From NCBI GenBank assembly GCA_965223265.1, contig OZ244999.1, positions 1,920,001-1,984,000 on the forward strand: a stretch of DNA of 64,000 nucleotides. The letters run 5' to 3'. The notes beneath the pieces are model-generated. The model saw nothing but the letters and a program-made list of their open reading frames with translations, was not told where the DNA came from and made no database searches. The position numbers and the translations under genes are program-made. This document shows positions 27,502-36,176 of the stretch, in pieces; the stretch's first letter is position 1, and each line of letters begins with the position of its first letter. The stretch is from Planctomycetota bacterium (GTDB lineage Bacteria > Planctomycetota > UBA8108 > SXIK01).

Positions 27502-28890
27502 CTAGAAAAGCTCGTGAATCGGCTCGGCGCTTTCGATCGACGTAGCGAGCTCGCGTGGTAGGTTCGTCATCAGGCGCAGTTTCGAGACGTCGAAGAGAAA
27601 ATGGAGCACGGTCGCGAAGAGATTCTCGATCGATACTGGGCGTGCGCTTGGCTCCTCCGCTTTTGACGTCGACTGGCCAATCACTTGGCCCATGCGAAGT
27701 CCGCCGCCGGCAAACGCGAGCGGGCCGAGCTGTGGCCAGTGGTCCCGGCCGCCATCCGGCTTCAACTTCGGTGTGCGCCCGAATTCGCTCGTCACGACGA
27801 GCAGGATCCTATCGCTGAGGCCGCGCTGCTCGATGTCCTCGAGAAAAGCCGACAGCGCGTGGTCGAGAGGTCGTCCGAGCGCTTCCATACCTCGCGGCAT
27901 GTCGTACTGTCTTGGTCCGCCGTGCATGTCCCAACCGCCGTTGTGCACTGTGACGAATGTCGAGCCAGCCTCGCAAAGACGTCGTGCCAGGAGGAGCTGC
28001 TCTCCAAGGCTCGAAGTTTGGAACTTGCTGAGGCCTGTTGTCCAGCGGCTCGTGTCGTAGCGTTCGACGACGCGCGAGTCCTCTTGCGAAAGGTCGAATG
28101 CGTCCCAGGCGCTTCCTAGCAGGAGATTGAAAGCCTGCCGCTCATAGTGATCGAGCGATTCCATGAGACCGCTCGCATCCGCGTCCGTCCGCAGGCGGTC
28201 CAGCGCGTGTCGCAGAGCACGGCGGTCGCCCGTGCGTGCGGCGGGAACGCGCAGTCGCAAGTTTTGATTCGCCGGCCCGTCACCCCCCGGCTCAAACGGT
28301 GCGTGGGCAGCGCCGAGGAGCGCTGCGCCTGCACCTTCGCGCAACCGCAAACGTTCCTTGTTGAATTGACGGTCGATCTCGTCAGCAGCGACGTAGACTT
28401 GCGTGGGCACGCCCGTGCGTGGGTGGTTAGCGCCGCGCAAGCGAGAGACGACGGAACCCATGCCAGCACGCGTGGGATTGCCGCCACGAATGACTTCATG
28501 CACCGCCTTGGTGTGATCAGCTACCGCATGCGAAAACGACCGCACCACGGCCAGTCGATCTGCCAGTCGCGCCAGTCGCGGCAAAGTGCCGCCGAACGTG
28601 ACGCCCGGCAGCGACGTTTTCGTCTCGCCCGAGACACTGCGATACTCGGACGGCGCGTCCATCTTGGGATCGAACGATTCGATCTGGCTCGTGCCGCCGG
28701 TCAAGAAGAGGAATACGACGGACTTGTCCCGTGCTGCATCCTCGAGCCGTAAGTCCGCTGCTTGTGCTTTCAGCTTCAAAAGAGCCGGCAGCGTCAAGCC
28801 GCCCAGACCAAGGGCGCCGACTTGCAGAAAACTGCGTCGCGAAACACCACAGCATGTTCGGTGGACGTCGCCGTTCCACAGCTCGAGCAT
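27502..28890 (-). CDS. DUF1501 domain protein
   Basis: SRRSFLQVG Tat-like motif, LFLTGGTSQIESFDPK, ARRLCEAG, WDMH, SEFGRTP, GRDHWP. Confidence 0.9.
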   Translation of the reverse strand: MLELWNGDVHRTCCGVSRRSFLQVGALGLGGLTLPALLKLKAQAADLRLEDAARDKSVVFLFLTGGTSQIESFDPKMDAPSEYRSVSGETKTSLPGVTFGGTLPRLARLADRLAVVRSFSHAVADHTKAVHEVIRGGNPTRAGMGSVVSRLRGANHPRTGVPTQVYVAADEIDRQFNKERLRLREGAGAALLGAAHAPFEPGGDGPANQNLRLRVPAARTGDRRALRHALDRLRTDADASGLMESLDHYERQAFNLLLGSAWDAFDLSQEDSRVVERYDTSRWTTGLSKFQTSSLGEQLLLARRLCEAGSTFVTVHNGGWDMHGGPRQYDMPRGMEALGRPLDHALSAFLEDIEQRGLSDRILLVVTSEFGRTPKLKPDGGRDHWPQLGPLAFAGGGLRMGQVIGQSTSKAEEPSARPVSIENLFATVLHFLFDVSKLRLMTNLPRELATSIESAEPIHELF

Positions 28891-29095
28891 CAGACTCTCT
28901 CTCCTTCGCTGCGCCAGCGAGACAGTCTATCAGAAGAGCGAGTCGGGAGCAAATCTAGGTGTGCCGTCCGTCGGCGATAGTTAGTCGTCGGGAAGGATCA
29001 AACGCCTGGGCGAGTCATAGTGTGTGTTACGATGCTGCGCATGAACATTCGGTCGGATCGGGCCATCGGGCGACCCAAATCAGGTTGAGTGGCGA

Positions 29096-32000
29096 ATGCT
29101 ACGACGATGTCTTCGCTTGGCTGTTGGCCTGACACTCGCGCTGACGGCGCGTGCCGCGGCTCAGGACTGTAACCTCAATGGCGTTGAAGACGCTGTCGAC
29201 GTCGCGCAGATGCTGAGCGCCGACTGTGATGGAGACGGGGTGCCGGACGAGTGTCAGTTGGCGCCGCCAAAGTTCGGTCCGAGCGTCGATGTCTTTGCGA
29301 TCGATGCGAACGCGCGCGGTATCATCAGCGCAGACCTCAACGGCGATGGCATTGCCGACGTCGTGACGGCGCATCAGCAACCTGGCGTCGAGCAGCTATC
29401 GTCGCTCAACGTATTCATCGTGAGTGCGTCTCGTCGTGTCGAGCCGCGCGTTGTGTACGATGCTGGGAGCGAGTTGACGGCAGTCGCCAGAGGCGATGTG
29501 GATGGAGACGGTGACTTCGATCTTGTCACCGCGAATTCGACGACGCTTTCAATCTTTGTCAACCGTGGTGACGGCAGTTTCGAGACCCCGCTGCAAGCGA
29601 GCGTGCCTCGGTTCACGCGGTTTGTCACAGTCGCCGACCTTGATGGCGATGCCCTGCCAGAGCTCATCGCGACGAACACTACGGAAGACACCGTGCTAGT
29701 GCTTGCGAACGAGGGTGGTCATGCCTTCACGGCGCCTTTGGCATACGCGGCGGGCGACAGTCCGTCGTCAGCGGCCGTCGGTGACATCAACGGCGATGGC
29801 CACCAAGATGTCGTCGTCGCGAATCGTCTCTCGAAAGATTTGACGATTTTTTTCGGTCGCGGCGACGGCGAGTTGGACGATTGGGGGGACATCGATCTAG
29901 GCGAGCGCCCGGCGACGATCACCGTGGCGGACTTCGATCGTGATGGCGCGGGCGAGGTGATGGTCGGCCTGACAGCTGTCGTTCTCTCACTGGCTTACCA
30001 GGAAGGTGAGTTCGTCGAGACGCGTCGGGTCCACCTGCGCACCCGATCGCTCGACTCGGGTGACGTAGATAGAGACGGCGACATCGACATCGTCGCGGGG
30101 ACGGCGGAAGGGCGTGGGGTTCACCTTTTGCTCAACGACGGCAGCGGAGGTTTTGGCGAAGTCCGTGTCACGAGCTCAGAGTTTTTCCATCTCGTGAGCG
30201 ACGATTTTGACGGCGATCGAGACCTCGACATCGCGCTGATCGAAGTGAATCTCGGTGAGCTCGATTTTCTCTGGAACGAGGAGCGAGGCGTCGCGTTTGA
30301 CTCGACGATTATTCGCACCTTACGCGAGGTGCATTATGCCTCCGTGGCGGACGTCGACGGAGACGGTCGCCTTGACGTCGTCACCGTGGATGGTCTGGAC
30401 AGCACGATTTCCGTCTTGGCGGGGCGCGGTGACGGTAGCTTCCGCGATCCGGTTCAATTCCCACTGGGAGCAGGAGGCCACTGGTTTTCCCTAGCGCTCG
30501 ATGACTTCAACCGTGACGGTGCTCCGGACATCGTCGCGGGCAATGCACGTAACGAGAACCTCTCGGTCCTGATCAATCAGGGCGCGGGCGAATTCTCGCG
30601 CCTCGATCTCTATCGCGCGACCGCGAATCCGTACTGGGTGGAGACCGGCGACTTCGACGCCGACGGCTTTCCTGATATCGCCGCCTCGTCGAGCCTGGGC
30701 GGCGCTGTCAGCGTTCTGCGCAATCGTGGCGACGGGACGTTTGAAGCGCGCCGAGACTTCGACGGCGGACGACCCGGAGGCTTTGGCATTTCGGTCGCTG
30801 ATCTCGACGGTGATGGTCACGTGGATATCGTGCGCCCCAGTTCCGGCAGTGGTGACCTGTCGATCCTCTACGGGCGCGGCAACATGGAATTTGATCCCCG
30901 TGCTTCCGTTCCGGCGGTGAGTAGCGTGTTTACGGTGCGAGCTGCGGACGTGGATGCTGACGGGCGACTCGACCTGCTCGTAGGTGAGGTCTCGTCTGTG
31001 TCTGTTCGGCGCAATCTTGGCGATCGAACCTTTGCGCCTGAAGAGCGATACAGTTTGCCGGGTAATCCGTACTCGATCTGGGTAGGGGATCTCGACCGTG
31101 ACGGTGTGGAGGATTTGGCCATTGCGCTCGCGCAGGTCGACGCGATTAGCATGCTACTCGGCGAGGGTGGTGGAAGGTTCTCCGTCGCGCTGACGTTCAG
31201 TGTGCGAGGGCTGCCGCGCACTGCGATTCCGGTCGATCTTGACACTGACGGCGACCTCGATTTGGTGTCGTCGAATCGTATCGACGAGTCAGTGGCGATC
31301 CTGCTCAACCAAACCGCCGTGCCCGGTGGGCAGGTCACGCACGTTGAGCAGGTCTGTACCGAGCTAGGGTTCGTGGCGGTCTCCGCCCCATCGCCGATCG
31401 AGCGCGTCGCACGGGCGACCAAGTACGTCGTTCCGGCACGCAGCGATGCCACCTTGTTGCCGCCGCTCGTAATGAACGTACAGCGCTTTCCCTTGCACCA
31501 GGAGTTTCTCACGCAGGTCTTTCCTGACCGCTTCGTCAGCTTGAACCCGGCAGAATATAGCGCCCTGGTGGCCCGCCGAGCGTCACGCGATTACTACGTC
31601 GGCGTCATCAGCCGATTGCGCGCCCCCGAGTCAGGCGCGGGGCGCATCTTCGGCTTCAATGTATTCGCCGACCTGACGGACCCTGCCGAGCTCCTGACGG
31701 AGACCGAGGTGCGGAGCGTCTACGACGAACTGCAGAGCGTTTTTGAGCTGGAGACGCTCGCCTACGCGCCCGACGCTCCCGCAGCGCGAGATGTCGCGGC
31801 AACGTGGCAGGATCCTGGCTTTCCGGTCATTCTCGATACCGGTCCCGTCGTACGCTATGAACCGTACACGCGGGCGGTTGGTTTCGGTCGCGTTCGCCTG
31901 CTGACGCGAGAGGAGTTCGACGTAGCCGATCGGAGCGGTCAATTTAGTTTCCAGAACATTCTTGTTCTCGATTTTGCGCCGAGCGACATCGAGGGCGTTG

Positions 32001-34510
32001 TCGGCGGTGTCGTCACTGCGCAGCCACAGGTGCCTCTGAGTCATCTGTCGATCCGAACCGCGCGACGTGGGGCGCCGAATGCCTTCGTTGCCGACGCCTT
32101 GTCCGAGTTCGCGCCGCATGCCGGACAGCTGGTGAGGTTGGAAGTGCGTTCCGATGACTATGACGTACGACCGGCGACGCTCGAAGAGGCCGAGACGTTT
32201 TGGCGCGAGAGTCGCCCGAGTCTCTCCGCGCCGCCGCAGCTCGATTTCGAGTTCGCTGCCCTGCCGGCGTTTGAAGAGATCTCTATGCTCGAGATGGGGG
32301 CGCCCGGTGTCGCACGCTTTGGCGGCAAGGCGACCAACCTCGCGCGCCTCCAGGAGATCTTGGACGGACCATGGAGTCAGTACCGGGAGAAGGGATTCGC
32401 GGTGCCGATTCGTTACTACTTCGACTTTCTGCGGTCGAACCGAATGTCGTCCGCACTCGATGCGGCGCGGCAGGTGACCTACGAGGAGTACCTCAGCGAG
32501 CTCTTTGCCAGTGCCGCCTTCCAAAGCGATTCGGAGTTTCGATTCCAAACTCTCGACGCGCTGCGCGATCAGATGCGTGACGAGGGGCAAGTCGATCCCG
32601 CGCTGATCGAAGCCATTGGTGCTCGCGTTGGCGAAATCTTCGGTACGCCCTCGACGACGCGCGTGCGATTTCGCTCTTCGTCAAACGTCGAGGACGACAT
32701 CCAGTTCAACGGTGCGGGGCTCTACGATTCAACCTCCGGCTGCCCTCAAGACGATTTTGACGCCGATACTGTTGGACCCTCGCACTGCGATCCGACGCGC
32801 GAGAACGAGCGAGGGATCTCGCGCGCGCTGAAGCGTGTCTGGTCGAGCTTGTGGAACTTTCGCGCCTACGAAGAGCGCGAGTTCTTTCAGGTGCCGCACG
32901 ATTTGACAGCTATGGGGGTGCTCGTCAATCGGACGTTCATCGACGAAGCCGCGCAGGGCGTTGCATTCACTGGGAATCCGTCAAACGTGCGCGACCGGCG
33001 TTACACTATCACCGTTCAGCTGGGAGAGGAGAGCGTCGTCAGTCCTGAACCGGGAGTTCTCGCCGAGCGCAACCTTCTCGAGGTCGTCGACGGCGAAGTC
33101 GTCGGAATCACTCGGGCGACGCGCTCAACGCTGACTGCTCCAGGAGAGTTCGTACTCAGTGAGGAACAGCTGCGTGAGCTTGGCGCGCTTATGGCACACA
33201 TCGACGCGAACTTTCCGCTAGAAACGGGCGAGTTCGACCGTGAGCAGGTCCTCCTCGACATGGAGTTCAAGTTCATGCGCGACGGTGAGCTGGCAGTGAA
33301 ACAAGTGCGACCGTTTCTGCTCACGGAGGCGCCGCCTCCGGCGCCAACGTTCGAGCTTGAAATCCCCGCAGCTCAAGAGATGTGCGGGGTCTTCGCGCTC
33401 TCGGGCGCTGCTCGGGGGCCGCGCGAGGAGTATGAGCTGAAGGCACGTGTCGAACTTCGAAGCGGCGTGCATGAGCTCCCGACACTGACGGAGACGTTCA
33501 CGCTCGATCTCATCGAGACGGTATGGTTTGGTCCAGACAAGGAGTTGGCCGTACCGGTTGGCAGCGGCCACGTGGGCGTTAGCTCCTTTTCAGGGGCGAG
33601 CGGGGAGACCAATTATCGTTTCACTTATTTCCAGGCGTTCGTGCTAACCGACGAGAGGATCTTGGAGATCGAATTCGGCCAGCCGCTTTCGTTCCAAGCC
33701 GAGGGCGACCAGCCGATTGAGCGTCGGAGACGGCTCGGCGAGGAGTTTTTCACGGTTCGCTCCGGCTTCGAGCCGTTCCATGCGTCGCTGGGGGGTGTTG
33801 CTTCGGTCCGATTCGGATCTTGTAGCCATGAGCTCTTGCCGCTTTTCGCCATCGATGCAGAGCTCGAGGACGGGACCAGTCTGCACTTTGAGGAGCGTTT
33901 CGAGGCGGCGGTCAGTCTCTTTGACACGGGTCCCGCTAGTTTGGTCCGCGCCGAGGTCACGGCGGGTGCGGAGCGTCGTATCGTGCGGGAGTATGAGCGT
34001 CTCGTCTACTCCGCGTTTCGGCACAACACGTTCGTTGTCTACTGGGCCGTTCTCGACCCACCCCTCACGATCGATGGCGTCACTCGTCCGGTCCGCGCCA
34101 TCGAGTTTGCTTTGCCGGAACCGACTCAGCAGTCGCCGGCACGAGCTGCGTATCTCGACGAGGACTTTGCCGTCATCACATCGCCGAGTGTCAGGTCTCT
34201 GTCGCTCCGCACCGCGGTTGACGAACGCCTGCGACCGTTTCGTCGTGGCGACGTCAACGACGACGCGACCCTCGACGTCGCAGATGCGCTCTCTCTTCTC
34301 AACTATATCTTCCGCCGCGGTGGGGAACCGAGTTGCGTGCTCGCGGCCGACGTCGACGACGATGACCGCATCGTCGTATCCGACGCGGTCGGGATTTTGC
34401 GGCATCTCTTTGTGGGCAGTGGTCCGTTGCCCGCGCCGTTCGCGAGCTGCGGCGTTGACCCGAGCCCGGGCCGGCTGACTTGTGGAGATGCGGCGGCGTG
34501 TGATGGTTGA
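29096..34510 (+). CDS. Exported FG-GAP repeat / phospho-His / ATP-grasp dikinase / dockerin-like protein, paralogue of 7407-12863
   Basis: 1804 aa with signal peptide ending AAA-Q, DCN..PDEC motif and FG-GAP repeats. VPLSHLSIRTARRGAPNA, FGGKATNLARL, FRSSSNVED..FNGAGLYDS, ALKRVWSSLW, DMEFK..KQVRP. Tail FRRGDVNDDATLDVADA. Confidence 0.85.
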   Translation: MLRRCLRLAVGLTLALTARAAAQDCNLNGVEDAVDVAQMLSADCDGDGVPDECQLAPPKFGPSVDVFAIDANARGIISADLNGDGIADVVTAHQQPGVEQLSSLNVFIVSASRRVEPRVVYDAGSELTAVARGDVDGDGDFDLVTANSTTLSIFVNRGDGSFETPLQASVPRFTRFVTVADLDGDALPELIATNTTEDTVLVLANEGGHAFTAPLAYAAGDSPSSAAVGDINGDGHQDVVVANRLSKDLTIFFGRGDGELDDWGDIDLGERPATITVADFDRDGAGEVMVGLTAVVLSLAYQEGEFVETRRVHLRTRSLDSGDVDRDGDIDIVAGTAEGRGVHLLLNDGSGGFGEVRVTSSEFFHLVSDDFDGDRDLDIALIEVNLGELDFLWNEERGVAFDSTIIRTLREVHYASVADVDGDGRLDVVTVDGLDSTISVLAGRGDGSFRDPVQFPLGAGGHWFSLALDDFNRDGAPDIVAGNARNENLSVLINQGAGEFSRLDLYRATANPYWVETGDFDADGFPDIAASSSLGGAVSVLRNRGDGTFEARRDFDGGRPGGFGISVADLDGDGHVDIVRPSSGSGDLSILYGRGNMEFDPRASVPAVSSVFTVRAADVDADGRLDLLVGEVSSVSVRRNLGDRTFAPEERYSLPGNPYSIWVGDLDRDGVEDLAIALAQVDAISMLLGEGGGRFSVALTFSVRGLPRTAIPVDLDTDGDLDLVSSNRIDESVAILLNQTAVPGGQVTHVEQVCTELGFVAVSAPSPIERVARATKYVVPARSDATLLPPLVMNVQRFPLHQEFLTQVFPDRFVSLNPAEYSALVARRASRDYYVGVISRLRAPESGAGRIFGFNVFADLTDPAELLTETEVRSVYDELQSVFELETLAYAPDAPAARDVAATWQDPGFPVILDTGPVVRYEPYTRAVGFGRVRLLTREEFDVADRSGQFSFQNILVLDFAPSDIEGVVGGVVTAQPQVPLSHLSIRTARRGAPNAFVADALSEFAPHAGQLVRLEVRSDDYDVRPATLEEAETFWRESRPSLSAPPQLDFEFAALPAFEEISMLEMGAPGVARFGGKATNLARLQEILDGPWSQYREKGFAVPIRYYFDFLRSNRMSSALDAARQVTYEEYLSELFASAAFQSDSEFRFQTLDALRDQMRDEGQVDPALIEAIGARVGEIFGTPSTTRVRFRSSSNVEDDIQFNGAGLYDSTSGCPQDDFDADTVGPSHCDPTRENERGISRALKRVWSSLWNFRAYEEREFFQVPHDLTAMGVLVNRTFIDEAAQGVAFTGNPSNVRDRRYTITVQLGEESVVSPEPGVLAERNLLEVVDGEVVGITRATRSTLTAPGEFVLSEEQLRELGALMAHIDANFPLETGEFDREQVLLDMEFKFMRDGELAVKQVRPFLLTEAPPPAPTFELEIPAAQEMCGVFALSGAARGPREEYELKARVELRSGVHELPTLTETFTLDLIETVWFGPDKELAVPVGSGHVGVSSFSGASGETNYRFTYFQAFVLTDERILEIEFGQPLSFQAEGDQPIERRRRLGEEFFTVRSGFEPFHASLGGVASVRFGSCSHELLPLFAIDAELEDGTSLHFEERFEAAVSLFDTGPASLVRAEVTAGAERRIVREYERLVYSAFRHNTFVVYWAVLDPPLTIDGVTRPVRAIEFALPEPTQQSPARAAYLDEDFAVITSPSVRSLSLRTAVDERLRPFRRGDVNDDATLDVADALSLLNYIFRRGGEPSCVLAADVDDDDRIVVSDAVGILRHLFVGSGPLPAPFASCGVDPSPGRLTCGDAAACDG

Positions 34511-34901
34511 GGGGAGCACGCCGTGCCGTCATTGTTTGGATTTCGGAACGTGATGCACGCTGGCGCGAGCGACCCCATCCGAGGCACCAGGCGGGCACGT
34601 CGGCCGAGACGGGCTGCTAAGCTAAGATCTGTCACAGCTCGTGCACGCTGTCGACGGAGGCACCTGGCTTCCCAGGTGATCATTTTGTTCCTTTTTTGAG
34701 GTCTGGAGGTTTTCCTTCGTTCTATCTGGGTTTGGGACCTGTCGCACAGAGTCCTCTGGCACCGGCGCCGTCGCCTGAGTCGAGGCGGCTCAGTCGCCGG
34801 GTTCCCGAGAGCGGGTGCGTTTCTTGCGCGGCCGTCAAAGAGAGCAGACAATACAGTCGAAACTGCGTGGTCGAGACCTTACCTGGAAGGAGATGTGAGC
34901 G

Positions 34902-36155
34902 ATGAGAAAGTTCCTCGCGTGCGTCGTCGCGAGCGTGCTGGTTGGGGCGACCGCGATGTTGGGCGTCTTGGCCCAGACGAGCGACCCCCTCCTCGATATC
35001 CCCAACGCCGACATCGACGGCGCCTTTCTTGCCGCCGGGAGTACGGTGATTCACTTGGAGAATGCAGACTCGCGCGCGGGGGTGACGTGGGACGGCGTCC
35101 CCGAGACTCTGGGTGACGGTGTTTACGACGCCGAGGAATTCGCAGTCGTCTTCAAGTACAGCTCCGTCGATATCCCCGCTGGAACCTCCGTAGCGTTCAC
35201 GAATCATCCGACGCGAGCTCCGGTCGTCTGGCTGGTCTCAGGAGACGTGACGATCGATGGCACGCTGGATCTGAGCGGTGCTTCACACGACGCGGGCACC
35301 CTGTTCGCTGTTCCCGGGCCGGGTGGCTTTCGCGGTGGCTCGTCCGGGAGTCGAGGTAGCGCTGGCTTCGGGCCAGGCGGTAGTTTGTCGTTCTCCGGCG
35401 ACGACGAGAATCTCGTCAAGAGCGGTGGCAGTTACGCCACGCCCGGAGGTGGCGACGACGCCGGACCGACGTACGGCAATGCGGAACTCATTCCGCTCCT
35501 TGGAGGCTCCGGTGGCGCGGGATTCCGCTCCGGCGGTACTCTCGGCGGCGCTGGTGGCGGCGCGATTCTTATCATCGCCGAGAACATCATCGTGAACGGA
35601 ACGATCGTCGCTGACGGCGGCGATCACGGTCAGACCAGTAGCGGCGGCAGCGGTGGTGCGATTCGCCTCGTCGCCAGAAACGTTGGCGGCACGGGCATGC
35701 TGCTGGCGCGGGGTGGGGGAATCAGTCCGCCCGGGCAGCGAGGTGGCGACGGCCGGATTCGTATCGAGTCGGAGTCCGCCATCGATGCCTCGCTCGAAGC
35801 CGCTCCAGCCGCATCGACAGGCACCCCGAGCGACCCCGTCACGATCTTCCCCGGCCCTACGGAGCCGACCGTACGCATCGTCTCGATCGGAGGCGTCGCC
35901 GCTCCGAGCGACCCACAGGCGAACCTGTCGCATAGCGCTGACGTCGAGCTCTCCACTTCCGACCCAGTCGACATTGTGATCGATACCGGCGTCGAGGTCG
36001 ATCCGGCGACGATTGTCGAGGTGCGGATCACGCCCCGCGAGGGAGCTGTGCTCACGGCGCTGGCGAGCCACACGATCGGCACGACTTGGACCGCTTCCGG
36101 TGTCGTTTTGCCGCAGACGGTTTCGGCGCTACAGGTCTTGGTCGACACGCCTTGA
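34902..36155 (+). CDS. Secreted glycine-rich hypothetical protein
   Basis: GGAGA RBS and signal peptide, then PGPGGFRGG, GGSGGAG, GGAGGGAILI, GGSGGAIRL, GGDGRIRIE. First gene of an apparent operon with the CARDB gene. Confidence 0.7.
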   Translation: MRKFLACVVASVLVGATAMLGVLAQTSDPLLDIPNADIDGAFLAAGSTVIHLENADSRAGVTWDGVPETLGDGVYDAEEFAVVFKYSSVDIPAGTSVAFTNHPTRAPVVWLVSGDVTIDGTLDLSGASHDAGTLFAVPGPGGFRGGSSGSRGSAGFGPGGSLSFSGDDENLVKSGGSYATPGGGDDAGPTYGNAELIPLLGGSGGAGFRSGGTLGGAGGGAILIIAENIIVNGTIVADGGDHGQTSSGGSGGAIRLVARNVGGTGMLLARGGGISPPGQRGGDGRIRIESESAIDASLEAAPAASTGTPSDPVTIFPGPTEPTVRIVSIGGVAAPSDPQANLSHSADVELSTSDPVDIVIDTGVEVDPATIVEVRITPREGAVLTALASHTIGTTWTASGVVLPQTVSALQVLVDTP

Positions 36156-36176
36156 CGCGTGCGCTGGAGTCATGTG

